NCBI GenBank assembly: GCA_035478595.1
Contig: DATIJL010000010.1
Coordinates: 35,733 to 99,732, forward strand
DNA length: 64,000 nucleotides
Direction of reading: 5' to 3'
Origin: Candidatus Chromulinivoraceae bacterium
GTDB lineage: Bacteria > Patescibacteriota > Saccharimonadia > Saccharimonadales > Saccharimonadaceae
Below are positions 27,998 through 37,848 of this stretch, piece after piece (position 1 is the first letter of the stretch; each line of letters starts with the position of its first letter). Below the pieces are notes generated by a model. It searched no databases and was not told the DNA's origin. It saw nothing but the letters and a program-made list of their open reading frames with translations. The position numbers and the translations under genes are program-made.

Positions 27998-29406
27998 TGA
28001 GTCGAATTGATGTAATTGTAAGCGATATTAAAAGCGGTAAAAAAACCGCTCGTCAACATATTGAAGAAGCACTTCAGAAAGCTCAAGATAATGAAGATTA
28101 TCATGCGCTACTTTCTCTCACAAGAGAGCGGGCGTTAGACCGTGCCGACGATATTGATGCGCGTATTAAGAGCGGCGAAAAGCTCGGTAAGCTTGCTGGT
28201 GTACCGTTTGTCGCAAAAGATAACTTCTTAGCCTTTGGCGCGCCAACGACGGCGGCCAGCAAGATGCTTGAAAACTTCGAGGCACCTCTGCAGGCGACTG
28301 TCATCGAGAAGCTAGAGACCGCAGGTGCTATTTGTATTGGAAAGGCTAATCTTGACGCTTTCGCGCACGGTGGTAGTACAGAAAACTCAGCCTTTGGTGT
28401 TACAAAAAATGCTTACGATAAAACCAAAGTTGCTGGTGGTAGTAGTGGTGGTTCCGCTGTTATAACTGCACTCGATGTCGTACCCTTTGCGCTGGGTAGC
28501 GACACTGGTGGTTCTATCCGTCAGCCTGCGAGCTTTAATGGTGTCGTAGGTGTAAAACCTACCTATGGGATGGTAAGTCGGTATGGAGTTGTTGCAATGG
28601 CAAGCAGTACTGATACAATCGGTTGCTTCACGAAAGAAGTGGCTGATGCTGAGCTGGTTATGGATGTAATGAGTGGTCGTGATTTTAATGATATGACGAC
28701 ACTACCTGACTTTTTTGCACCAGAAGAGGTAAAACCTGCTCAAAAGGTCGGTCTTTTAAAAGAATATATGAGTGACGACGTGGATGAAGTTGTTCGTCAG
28801 CATGTTATAGAATATGTTGAAAAACTTCGTGCAGCAGGCCATACGGTAGAGGAAGTTAGTCTTCCTATGGTTAAGTATGCGCTGGCAATGTACTACATCA
28901 TCGTGCCAGCCGAGGTTACGAGTAACTTGGCTCGTTATGACGGTATTCGATATGGACATCGTGCTGAAGGCGATATGACACTTGCAGAACTCTATGGTAA
29001 AAGCCGTGAAGAAGGGTTTGTGACGGAAAACAAGCGTCGTATCATGATTGGTAGCTATGTTCTTTCGAGTGGCTACTTTGACGCCTACTACCTACAGGCG
29101 CAGAAAGCTCGCACACTGCTTGTAAAAGAATATGATAGGCTATTTTCGCAGTATGATGCACTTGTTGGGCCAACAGCTCCGACACCGGCCTTTGGTATTG
29201 GTGAAAATACGGCCGATCCTGTCAAAATGTATCTCTCGGATATTATGACTGTAGCACCAAGTCTTGCTGGTATTCCTGCTATTAGCGTTCCTGCCGGTGT
29301 AACTGACGACGGTCTGCCTATCGGTGTGCAGCTGATGGGTCCACGTAAAAGTGATGCCGCGCTTCTAGCTCTCGCTCGATCTATGGAGGTAACTAACCGT
29401 GGATAG
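27997..29406 (+). CDS. gatA: Asp/Glu-tRNA(Asn/Gln) amidotransferase subunit A
   Basis: 469 aa with amidase signature GGSSGGSA and GSDTGGSIRQPA. Confidence 0.95.
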   Translation: MSRIDVIVSDIKSGKKTARQHIEEALQKAQDNEDYHALLSLTRERALDRADDIDARIKSGEKLGKLAGVPFVAKDNFLAFGAPTTAASKMLENFEAPLQATVIEKLETAGAICIGKANLDAFAHGGSTENSAFGVTKNAYDKTKVAGGSSGGSAVITALDVVPFALGSDTGGSIRQPASFNGVVGVKPTYGMVSRYGVVAMASSTDTIGCFTKEVADAELVMDVMSGRDFNDMTTLPDFFAPEEVKPAQKVGLLKEYMSDDVDEVVRQHVIEYVEKLRAAGHTVEEVSLPMVKYALAMYYIIVPAEVTSNLARYDGIRYGHRAEGDMTLAELYGKSREEGFVTENKRRIMIGSYVLSSGYFDAYYLQAQKARTLLVKEYDRLFSQYDALVGPTAPTPAFGIGENTADPVKMYLSDIMTVAPSLAGIPAISVPAGVTDDGLPIGVQLMGPRKSDAALLALARSMEVTNRG

Positions 29407-29821
29407 TACGACTATTTTTGCTTTTCTTGTTGGAGTACTGGTTGTTGCCATTTTGTTGGTGATAGTGATCTTTATTACAAAAAAAGGCCCAGCACCTCTT
29501 GATATTGAAAAATACCGTATGCGCTGGCTTGCCATTGAAAAACAGTTGAATCGTGATGATCCGTCGAGTCTTTCTATGACTGTGCTAAATGCAGACAAGT
29601 TACTTGATCAAGCGCTGAAAGAGCGCGGCATCAAAGGGGAGACGATGGGTGAACGTATGAAGGTTGCTAAAGACACCTGGAGTAACGCTAATGCTGTTTG
29701 GACCGCCCATAAACTACGCAACCAAATAGCTCACGAGCCCGAAGTTACCGTGGGATATGACGATGCGCGCCGTGCGCTCGGCGCATTTAAGCAAGCGCTA
29801 AAAGATGTAGGAGCAATTTAA
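29399..29821 (+). CDS. membrane-anchored helical protein with RNxxxH (HEPN-like) motif, embedded in the gatCAB operon
   Basis: 140 aa. GTG start overlaps the gatA end by 8 nt, and the stop overlaps the gatB start. N-terminal TM helix (IFAFLVGVLVVAILLVIVIFI), then a ~105-aa helical domain containing AHKLRNQIAHE. Confidence 0.6.
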   Translation: MDSTTIFAFLVGVLVVAILLVIVIFITKKGPAPLDIEKYRMRWLAIEKQLNRDDPSSLSMTVLNADKLLDQALKERGIKGETMGERMKVAKDTWSNANAVWTAHKLRNQIAHEPEVTVGYDDARRALGAFKQALKDVGAI

Positions 29822-31275
29822 TGGTAAGTGAAGATATCTTAAATAAATATGAAATGACAATTGGTATAGAATGTCATGTTCAACTTGCTACTGATACGAA
29901 GCTCTTTAGCGGTGCTGATAATGATGCTCGTGACAAGGCGCCAAACAGTGTAGTGAGTCCAATAGATTTTGGTCTACCTGGCATGCTGCCTATTTTAAAC
30001 CGGAAAGCCGTAGATTTTGCTATCAAGGCAGGCAAAGCACTCAATGCAAAGATAGCAAATACAAGTCGATTTGACCGCAAGCACTACTTTTACCCTGATC
30101 TTCCTAAAGGTTACCAGACCACTCAAATGTATCAGCCTATTATTCTGGCTGGGTATATTGACGCACCTCTAGAGGATGGCGGAACAGTGAAGGTGCGAAT
30201 CCATCACGCCCACATGGAAGAGGATGCTGGTAAGTTGACGCATTTCGGTGATTACAGTTTAGTTGATCTCAACCGAGCAGGTACGCCACTGATTGAGGTT
30301 GTATCGGAGCCGGATATGCATTCAGCGGCAGAGGCAAAGGCGTATGCAAGTGAATTGCATCGTCTTATGATCTACGCCGGCGTGACGTTCGGTAATCTAT
30401 ATCATGGAAACATGCGGTTTGACGTAAACGTTTCGGTTGCGCCAAAGGGTGCGACAGAACTTGGTAAACGTGCCGAGGTGAAAAACCTTAATTCGTTTAG
30501 AAGCGTTGAAAAAGCAGCCGAATACGAATTTCATCGTCAAGTAGAATTGCTTGAAAAAGGTGAGAAGGTAGTACAGGAGACTCGTGGTTGGGATGACGCT
30601 AAGATGCGTACCAACTCACAGCGTTCAAAAGAGGACGCACAGGATTACCGTTATATGCCTGATGCAGATATTCCACCGGTTATTTTGAGCAATACTGAGA
30701 TTGAAGAAATCCAGGCCGCTGTGCCGATGCTACCACCCGAATACCGTGAACGCTGGCTCACGCTTGAACTAGATCGCTCGGTTGTGGATTCACTACTTGC
30801 GACGCAGCAATTCGCAGAGCTTGTTACTGATATTCAGGAAAAAGCCGGAAATGCTATCGCAAAACGTGTTGCTCACTGGTTTGCGAGCGCGCTCGGTCAT
30901 AACGATGACGAGCCAACGACCGTTCAAATGAATGAGCTTTCACCAGATGTCTTTATCGAACTAGCTCATATGGTTGAAGCGAATGAGCTTAGTTCGACGA
31001 CTGCTAAAGAGGTCTTTTTGGAACTTCTCACAAGTGAGAAAACGGCGCGCGAGATAGCTGAAAGTAAGAACCTGTTACAGGTCAGTGACGAGTCGGCAAT
31101 TGCAGCGATTGTCGATGAAGTGCTAGCCGATCCGTTAAGTGAACAGTCGATTACTGATATAAAAGAGGGTAAAGAAAAAGCCATTGGCTATCTGGTCGGC
31201 CAAATTATGAAAAAGTCCCAAGGTAAGGCCAATCCGGCGCTTGCACAAAAACTGATTCGCGAAAAATTAAAGTAA
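29821..31275 (+). CDS. gatB: Asp/Glu-tRNA(Asn/Gln) amidotransferase subunit B
   Basis: 484 aa starting ...YEMTIGIECHVQL, with a FDRKHYFYPDLPKGYQ motif and a C-terminal GatB/YqeY domain. Confidence 0.95.
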   Translation: MVSEDILNKYEMTIGIECHVQLATDTKLFSGADNDARDKAPNSVVSPIDFGLPGMLPILNRKAVDFAIKAGKALNAKIANTSRFDRKHYFYPDLPKGYQTTQMYQPIILAGYIDAPLEDGGTVKVRIHHAHMEEDAGKLTHFGDYSLVDLNRAGTPLIEVVSEPDMHSAAEAKAYASELHRLMIYAGVTFGNLYHGNMRFDVNVSVAPKGATELGKRAEVKNLNSFRSVEKAAEYEFHRQVELLEKGEKVVQETRGWDDAKMRTNSQRSKEDAQDYRYMPDADIPPVILSNTEIEEIQAAVPMLPPEYRERWLTLELDRSVVDSLLATQQFAELVTDIQEKAGNAIAKRVAHWFASALGHNDDEPTTVQMNELSPDVFIELAHMVEANELSSTTAKEVFLELLTSEKTAREIAESKNLLQVSDESAIAAIVDEVLADPLSEQSITDIKEGKEKAIGYLVGQIMKKSQGKANPALAQKLIREKLK

Positions 31276-31334
31276 ATGATGTCGTAAGGCTTGCCCAAAA
31301 GGTAGGCCTTATGTGTTGTTTTGAGGGCTATACT

Positions 31335-31883
31335 GTGAAACCTTGGAAACGTATTGATCCTACGATTGTAAATAAGATTGATTACCATAACATTGTTGTT
31401 AAGACGTTTGAATTACCGGATGGCAAACTGGCAACACGAGCTACCTTTCTTGCAGAAGGTCGGCGTGCCACTGGAGTGATCGCTATAACAAAAGATAAGC
31501 AGGTGATTGTTTGTCGACAGTTTAGGCCGGGGCCAGAAGAAATAATGGGAGAAATTCCCGGGGGTTATGTAGATGAGGATGAAGATCCTCAAGCCGCAGC
31601 TATCCGAGAGCTGCGTGAGGAAACGGGCTATGAGCCCGGAGGGGTCGAATTTTTAGGAAAGTTCAGTCGCGATGCATATTTGAATGGGGAATGGTTCTAT
31701 TACCTTGCCACTGACTGTATGCTCGTGGACGACCAGTCGCTTGATCATGATGAGTTCATCAACCTCGAGTTAAGGAGTATTGATGAATTCATCGTGGCTG
31801 CTAAGGCGGGCCGGATGACAGATCCAGCTGCTGTTTTGGCGGCATACGACAGATTGAAGCAAATTCAGAAGGAGGAAAAGTAA
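31335..31883 (+). CDS. NUDIX hydrolase (ADP-ribose pyrophosphatase-like)
   Basis: Nudix box GEIPGGYVDEDEDPQAAAIRELREETGY. I prefer GTG 31335 (VKPWKRID, RBS gaggg 7 nt upstream) over the track's ATG 31311, which sits in a weak hairpin. Confidence 0.75.
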   Translation: MKPWKRIDPTIVNKIDYHNIVVKTFELPDGKLATRATFLAEGRRATGVIAITKDKQVIVCRQFRPGPEEIMGEIPGGYVDEDEDPQAAAIRELREETGYEPGGVEFLGKFSRDAYLNGEWFYYLATDCMLVDDQSLDHDEFINLELRSIDEFIVAAKAGRMTDPAAVLAAYDRLKQIQKEEK

Positions 31884-32777
31884 GTGAAAAAACCAACCAA
31901 GGCAATTATCGCAGCAGCCGGATTTGGGACGCGGTTCTTGCCTCAAACCAAAGCAATGCCGAAGGAAATGATTCCGCTCATCGACAAGCCGATTATCCAG
32001 TATGTCGTAGAAGAGCTTGTTGAGGCAGGCATTAAAGATATTATTATTGTAGGCAGTAGTAACAAGCGTGCGATTGAAGATCATTTTGATGTACCAAATG
32101 AAGATCTGTTAGCTAACCTTCGTGCTGGTGGCACTAAAAAGCAACACTATATTGATGAACTCGACCGTCTCTCTAACCTGGCTAATTTCATTTACATCCG
32201 TCAAAAAGGACCATACGGAAATGCGACCCCACTTATGAGTGCCGCACACCTTATTGGCAAGGACGAGACGTTTATTTACACCTGGGCCGATGATTTCATC
32301 GTATCTTCGCCAAGTAGATTCCGTCAGATGATCGATATCTACGAGCAATATGATGGTGCGGTACTTTCGTGTAAAAAAGTTCTTTCAGATGCCGAGTACG
32401 ACAAGTACGGTATTGCGGCTGGTGAGGTGATGCAGGATGGTCTTATCAAGATGTCACATATCGTTGAAAAGCCAGGGAAAGACAAGGCTCCATCCGACCT
32501 AGCTTCGGTAAGTAGCTATCTTCTAAAGGGCGATTTCTTTAACTACCTTGAAGAAGCGCAGCAGACATTCGATGGCGTGGGTGAATTTACATTCCAACCA
32601 ATCATGCAAAAGATGATTGATGAAGGTCACGACTACCTTGCCTATGAGATTAAAGACGGCACGTATTATGATACTGGTGATAAGTTAGAATATCTTAAGA
32701 CGGTCATTGACTTCGGTCTTGCTCACGATGAGCTTGGTCCCGACCTTCTTCGCCATCTCCAGTCAAAACTCAAGTAG
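31884..32777 (+). CDS. galU: UTP--glucose-1-phosphate uridylyltransferase
   Basis: 297 aa with N-terminal AAGFGTRFLPQTKAMPKEM signature. GTG start immediately after the NUDIX stop. Confidence 0.9.
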   Translation: MKKPTKAIIAAAGFGTRFLPQTKAMPKEMIPLIDKPIIQYVVEELVEAGIKDIIIVGSSNKRAIEDHFDVPNEDLLANLRAGGTKKQHYIDELDRLSNLANFIYIRQKGPYGNATPLMSAAHLIGKDETFIYTWADDFIVSSPSRFRQMIDIYEQYDGAVLSCKKVLSDAEYDKYGIAAGEVMQDGLIKMSHIVEKPGKDKAPSDLASVSSYLLKGDFFNYLEEAQQTFDGVGEFTFQPIMQKMIDEGHDYLAYEIKDGTYYDTGDKLEYLKTVIDFGLAHDELGPDLLRHLQSKLK

Positions 32778-32859
32778 ATCTAGCTGTAAACGTGCGCTTG
32801 CAGCAAAAAACCGTTACAATAGTGTATGTAAATATCAACTAATCCAAAGGAGGTTTTTA

Positions 32860-33102
32860 ATGGGCTGGATTGGATGGATAATACTCGGTGGACTCGCTGG
32901 GTGGGTAGCTAACATGATAATGAAAGAGGAGGGTGGCCTTCTCAAAAACATAGTTGTCGGTATTGTTGGCGGTGTTATCGGTGGATGGGTTGTCGAACTT
33001 CTTGGTGGCAGCGGTGTAAATGGATTTAATATATACAGCTTTGTCGTGGCCGTATTAGGAGCACTTCTCCTTATATGGATCGTAAAAATGATTAAAAAAT
33101 AA
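32860..33102 (+). CDS. GlsB/YeaQ/YmgE-family small stress membrane protein
   Basis: 80 aa starting MGWIGWIILGGLAGWVANMI, glycine-zipper TM helices typical of the transglycosylase-associated family. RBS aaggagg upstream. The track ORF start at 32707 overlaps galU. Confidence 0.85.
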   Translation: MGWIGWIILGGLAGWVANMIMKEEGGLLKNIVVGIVGGVIGGWVVELLGGSGVNGFNIYSFVVAVLGALLLIWIVKMIKK

Positions 33103-33129
33103 CGGTACGTCTAGTAAGGAAGCTGCTCT

Positions 33130-33375
33130 ATGGATTGGGCTCAAGTTCTGGTAATAATTCTGTCAATATTTTTGGGTGTATTTTTACTACTAGCGATTGC
33201 TCTTACTGCAATGCTAATAAAAGTAACGAAACAAATAAGGACGGTAACTGACTCCGCTCAGCGGACGGCTGAGCATATTGAAAAGGCAGTATCTGGGGTT
33301 AGCAGAACTATTTCTCCGATGCTTATCATGCGAATGGTTACTAAGTTTATGAAGAAGACGAAAAAGGAGAAGTAA
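33130..33375 (+). CDS. small membrane protein (DUF948-like)
   Basis: 81 aa with one N-terminal TM helix, then an amphipathic helical tail. The family assignment is tentative. Confidence 0.5.
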   Translation: MDWAQVLVIILSIFLGVFLLLAIALTAMLIKVTKQIRTVTDSAQRTAEHIEKAVSGVSRTISPMLIMRMVTKFMKKTKKEK

Positions 33376-33654
33376 ATGACAAAAGGCAAATTCGCATTAG
33401 GGGCAATTATCGGTGCAGCTGCTGGTATTGTTGCTGGTCTTCTGACTGCACCGAAATCTGGCAAAGAGACGCGCGCAGATATCAAGGATAAGGCTACGGA
33501 GCTTAAGGAAAGTGCAGCACGCAAGAGTGCCGAAGCTAAAGACTACTCGGATGAGATGGTGACAGATCTCAAAGAGAAAGCCGGAGATCTTAAGGATCGA
33601 GGTGAACGTGCGCTTGAAGGAGCAAAAAAAGGATTCAGCGAAAAAGACAAGTAA
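33376..33654 (+). CDS. YtxH-domain general stress protein
   Basis: 92 aa. GAIIGAAAGIVAGLLTAPKSGKETRADIKDKA is the YtxH signature. Starts immediately after the previous stop. Confidence 0.8.
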   Translation: MTKGKFALGAIIGAAAGIVAGLLTAPKSGKETRADIKDKATELKESAARKSAEAKDYSDEMVTDLKEKAGDLKDRGERALEGAKKGFSEKDK

Positions 33655-33680
33655 TCCTGTACTTGAACGAACGTAAAAAC

Positions 33681-33708
33681 AATGGCACACTAGATCTAGT
33701 GTGCCATT
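33681..33708. terminator. perfect 28-nt palindrome (terminator or operator)
   Basis: aatggcacactagatctagtgtgccatt is its own reverse complement (12-bp stem, 4-nt loop). Lies between the ytxH-like gene and the next small gene. No strong T-run. Confidence 0.55.
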
Positions 33709-33727
33709 CTATGTGAAGGAGAGGGTT

Positions 33728-34018
33728 ATGAGCGAGAAAAACATTATCACAAAAACAAAAGAAAACATCCAAAAGGGCAACGAACGTAGCGCTCGTGAGA
33801 GTGTGCTTGAAGATTTATTTTATGATTTTAATCGTAGTCGGACTCAGATATACAAGATGAACTTTTTTAGGGGGATATTCTTTGGTTTGGGTAGTGTGCT
33901 TGGCGGCACAGTTGTTGTCGTTCTACTTGTTTGGACGCTGAGTCTTTTTACGAATGTTCCAGGTATAGGCCAGTCTATCGAGCAGGTCCAACAAACACTA
34001 CAGAATAACAAAAAATAA
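33728..34018 (+). CDS. small membrane protein, unknown function
   Basis: 96 aa from ATG 33728 (RBS aaggagag upstream). C-terminal TM pair (FFRGIFFGLGSVLGGTVVVVLLVW). The track start at 33701 lies inside the palindrome. Confidence 0.55.
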   Translation: MSEKNIITKTKENIQKGNERSARESVLEDLFYDFNRSRTQIYKMNFFRGIFFGLGSVLGGTVVVVLLVWTLSLFTNVPGIGQSIEQVQQTLQNNKK

Positions 34019-34077
34019 TTGGTCGTTGTAAACATCACGGCTAAGCAAAAGCAGGAACTTGCTATAATAAGGATAGT

Positions 34078-37000
34078 ATGGGGGTAGCAGTAGAGGAAAA
34101 ACCGGTTGCGGCATCAGACTTGAAGTTGTCTGATTATGTGCATCTGCATAATCACACACATCATAGCCTGCTCGATGGTCTTACAAAAGTAGGCGAGCTT
34201 GTTGATGTGGTCAAAGAAATGGGCATGGAGGCATGTGCCATTACCGACCATGGAACGATGTCGGGTTCCATTGACTTTTATAAGTCTGCTAAGGCTGCGG
34301 GCATTAAACCAATTCTCGGTATGGAGGCCTACGTTGCCGCTAGAACACGCTTTGATCGAGATCCAGCTAAAGATAAAGGGCGTTATCACTTAACACTTCT
34401 TTCTATGAATGAGACAGGTCTGAGAAATCTTATGTTACTTTCGACGACTGCTAACCTCGAAGGAATGTATTATAAGCCTCGTATTGACCACGACCTCCTA
34501 GAACAACATAACGAGGGTCTTATTGTCCTATCTGGTTGTGCAAGTGGTGAACTAGGAGAAAATCTTCGTGCAGATAATTATGAAGAGGCTAAGAGAATTG
34601 CATCTTGGTATAAAAATCTCCTTGGTGATCGCTATTATTTAGAGCTTCAAGACCATGGTCATCCTGATGCGCCAGCACAATGGGATGTGCAGGTAAAACT
34701 AAATGAGTATCTACTAAGACTTGCAGATGAGCTTGACATTCCCTACGTTGTGACAAGCGATGCGCACTATGTTCGCCACGATGACACAGATGCTCATGAG
34801 ATTTTGCTATGTGTTGGTACTGGCTCGTTCCTGTCTGACGAAAAGCGCATGAGCTTGAAGGATTTTGAGCTTCATGTGACTGACCCTAAGGACATTATTG
34901 GTCGTTGGAGTAAGACCCATCCAGAGGCAATCCTTAACACACGTCGAATTGCCGACAGGTGCAACGTTGAGATTGAGTTGGGTCGGATCTTGATTCCAAC
35001 ATTTCCGGTTCCCGAAGGTGAAACCGAAAAAACCTTTCTTGATAAGCTAGTCTTTCGTGGTATGGCCGCTAGGTACGCTGGTAAAACGCGCGAGGAGGCA
35101 GGCGAACTTTCGGTAGAGGAGATTCGTCAAATTCTCCAGCCAGAGCAGCTAGATCGTCTCGATATGGAATTGGCAGTTCTCGATAACATGGGCTATAACG
35201 GTTACTTTTTAATTGTGCAGGACTTTATTAACTGGGGTAAGGCGCAAGGGATTATTTTTGGACCTGGACGAGGTTCGGCGGCAGGATCGATCATTGCCTA
35301 TGCACTTAATATCACTGATCTCGATCCGTTAAAGTATAGCCTGCTCTTCGAGCGATTCCTTAACCCTGACCGTATTAGCATGCCGGATATCGATGTGGAT
35401 ATTCAGGATACGCGTCGTGATGAGGTGATCCAGTATTGTTCAGATAAATATGGCGCTGACCATGTTTCAAATATTGTAACCTTTGGTAAGATGGCTGCAC
35501 GTGCTGCTGTGCGCGACGTAGCACGTGTACTGCAGGTTCCATATGCCGAGGCTGACCGTCTCAGTAAAATGATTCCACCACCCGCACAAGGGCGTCATAT
35601 TCCACTCAAAGTGAGTATTAAAGAAGATGTTGATCTTAAAAAGGAATATGAAACCAATCCGACAGCAAAACAGGTGTTTGATTACGCGGTGCGCCTAGAG
35701 GGCACAATCCGTTCGCACGGTGTGCACGCCTGTGGTGTGGTAATTGCACCAGATGAACTGGTAAAATATCTGCCGCTTGAGATGGCACAAAAAGGCGTCA
35801 TCTCTACACAGTTCCCAATGGGCGAGGTTGAGGAACTCGGCTTGCTTAAGATGGACTTCTTGGGTCTTTCTAACTTAACGATTATCAATAACGCTCTGCG
35901 TATTATTCGCAAAGTATACAAAGACGAAATTGATCTTTCTAATTTGCCACTAGACGATGAGAAGACGTATGAGTTGTTTCAGCGCGGTGATACCACCGGG
36001 GTATTCCAGCTTGAGTCTGCAGGAATGAAACGCTACTTGCGTGATCTTAAACCAACTGTTTTTGAGGATATTATCGCCATGGTGGCTTTGTATCGCCCTG
36101 GTCCAATGCAGTTTATTGATAGCTTTATTAAGCGCAAACATGGTATCGAACCTATTACATATCTTCATCCTGGAATGGAGAATTCACTCAAAAGTACTTA
36201 TGGTATTCTGGTCTACCAAGAGCAGTTCATGCAGATTTCTAAGGAATGGTGCGGATTTACCGGCGGTCAAGCTGACACGCTGCGTAAGGCTGTCGGTAAA
36301 AAGAAGATCGATCTCATGATGAAAGTAAAGCCGGAGTTTGTTGAGGGCGCTGTTAAGGTCAGTGGCGCTACTCGGGAGCAGGCTGAGACGTTTTGGAGTC
36401 AGCTAGAAGAGTTCGCTAACTACTGCTTTAACAAGTCGCATGCTGCTTGCTACGGACTTATATCATACTGGACAGCCTACCTCAAGGCGCACTACCCAGA
36501 CGCCTTTATGGCGGCGGTTATGACAAGTGACCATGATGATATTGATCGATTGGCCATTGAGATTAGTGAGTGTAAGCATATGGGGCTAACTGTGCTATCG
36601 CCGAGCGTCAACGACTCATATGTAGAATTTGCTGTTGTGCCAGGTCAGAATGAAATCCGTTTTGGTATGGCTGCTGTTAAGGGCGTGGGTATGGGCGCAG
36701 TTGAGGAAGTTCTCCGTGCTCGCAAAGACGGTAAATTTACGAGTATTGAGGATTTCGCAAAGCGTGTGAGCATTAGTAAGTTCAATAAAAAGGCCTGGGA
36801 ATCATTAATCAAATCTGGTGGCTTTGATGAATTCGGCGATCGTTCGGACCTACTATTTAATCTTGAAACGATTCAGGCCTTTGCAAGTAAGATACAAAAA
36901 GAGGCACTGAGTGGTCAGACAGATCTTTTCGGTGGTTTGAGCGATGGTGCGAGTATCCAGCCGACTATGACGTTCCAAATAGCGCCAACCAAATATACCG

Positions 37001-37821
37001 AGAAAGAGCATCTTACATGGGAACGAGAACTCTTAGGCCTGTATATTAGTGCGCATCCGCTTGATAACTACGACACGTATTTTGAAGAGCAGACAATTCC
37101 ACTTGCGCATATGAAGCCAGAGATTGATGGTAAGAAAGCAACCATTGGAGGTCTAGTAAGCGCCGTTCGTACGATTGTAACCAAATCAGGCACTAAGATG
37201 GCATTCGTTAAGCTTGAGGATAAGACGAATGAGGCTGAGGTTATTATTTTTCCTAACTTGTATGAACAAACAGGTGCAAAGCTAGTCCAAGATGCAGTTA
37301 TTCGAGTATCTGGTAAGGTTAGCGCGCGTGACCGGGATGGCAATTTAGGTGACGAAGCCAAAATGATAGCCGATGAAGTGGTTGTTGTGACTGATGAGGA
37401 GCTGCGTAGTTATGAAGGGACCGGGCGCAAGATGGAGACACCTCGTATGAGTTCTAAGGTAAAAGCTATGAGAGTTGCCGAGCACCGTGCTAAAAAAACC
37501 GATCCTGTTGTGAGCGCATCAGCTAGCACTTTGCCAGCTGAACCTAAACCGGCCGCGTCTATAGCGGAACGCCCGCGCCCGATTGAAGATATACCTGTGG
37601 TTAAAAAATTATTCGTTCATGTTAAAGAACCGGACAATCACGAAGCGCTTGTCGAGTTAAAACGCACGTGTAGTGATTTTTCAGGAAATACAGATATTGT
37701 TCTTGTTCTCGGTGCTGATAAAAGATCGGCTATCAAGTTACCGTTCAGGGTGGATGGGAGCGATGCGCTAATAAGCGTGTTGGTAAAGCAACTTGGTGAA
37801 GACTGTGTCGTATTAAAATAA
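34078..37821 (+). CDS. dnaE: DNA polymerase III alpha subunit
   Basis: 1247 aa with PHP domain (HLHNHTHHSLLDG), polymerase core (PDIDVDI, GLLKMDFLGL), OB fold and a C-terminal domain. Confidence 0.95.
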   Translation: MGVAVEEKPVAASDLKLSDYVHLHNHTHHSLLDGLTKVGELVDVVKEMGMEACAITDHGTMSGSIDFYKSAKAAGIKPILGMEAYVAARTRFDRDPAKDKGRYHLTLLSMNETGLRNLMLLSTTANLEGMYYKPRIDHDLLEQHNEGLIVLSGCASGELGENLRADNYEEAKRIASWYKNLLGDRYYLELQDHGHPDAPAQWDVQVKLNEYLLRLADELDIPYVVTSDAHYVRHDDTDAHEILLCVGTGSFLSDEKRMSLKDFELHVTDPKDIIGRWSKTHPEAILNTRRIADRCNVEIELGRILIPTFPVPEGETEKTFLDKLVFRGMAARYAGKTREEAGELSVEEIRQILQPEQLDRLDMELAVLDNMGYNGYFLIVQDFINWGKAQGIIFGPGRGSAAGSIIAYALNITDLDPLKYSLLFERFLNPDRISMPDIDVDIQDTRRDEVIQYCSDKYGADHVSNIVTFGKMAARAAVRDVARVLQVPYAEADRLSKMIPPPAQGRHIPLKVSIKEDVDLKKEYETNPTAKQVFDYAVRLEGTIRSHGVHACGVVIAPDELVKYLPLEMAQKGVISTQFPMGEVEELGLLKMDFLGLSNLTIINNALRIIRKVYKDEIDLSNLPLDDEKTYELFQRGDTTGVFQLESAGMKRYLRDLKPTVFEDIIAMVALYRPGPMQFIDSFIKRKHGIEPITYLHPGMENSLKSTYGILVYQEQFMQISKEWCGFTGGQADTLRKAVGKKKIDLMMKVKPEFVEGAVKVSGATREQAETFWSQLEEFANYCFNKSHAACYGLISYWTAYLKAHYPDAFMAAVMTSDHDDIDRLAIEISECKHMGLTVLSPSVNDSYVEFAVVPGQNEIRFGMAAVKGVGMGAVEEVLRARKDGKFTSIEDFAKRVSISKFNKKAWESLIKSGGFDEFGDRSDLLFNLETIQAFASKIQKEALSGQTDLFGGLSDGASIQPTMTFQIAPTKYTEKEHLTWERELLGLYISAHPLDNYDTYFEEQTIPLAHMKPEIDGKKATIGGLVSAVRTIVTKSGTKMAFVKLEDKTNEAEVIIFPNLYEQTGAKLVQDAVIRVSGKVSARDRDGNLGDEAKMIADEVVVVTDEELRSYEGTGRKMETPRMSSKVKAMRVAEHRAKKTDPVVSASASTLPAEPKPAASIAERPRPIEDIPVVKKLFVHVKEPDNHEALVELKRTCSDFSGNTDIVLVLGADKRSAIKLPFRVDGSDALISVLVKQLGEDCVVLK

Positions 37822-37848
37822 ACAACGTATATAGAGGTCGGCCGTTGC

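Noticed and set aside
37400-37821. Apparent C-terminal extension of DnaE
   Set aside because: The last ~70 residues (KKLFVHV...LVLGADKRSAIKLPFRV...LGEDCVVLK) look like the normal DnaE C-terminal domain preceded by a disordered linker. I do not see it as a novel domain.
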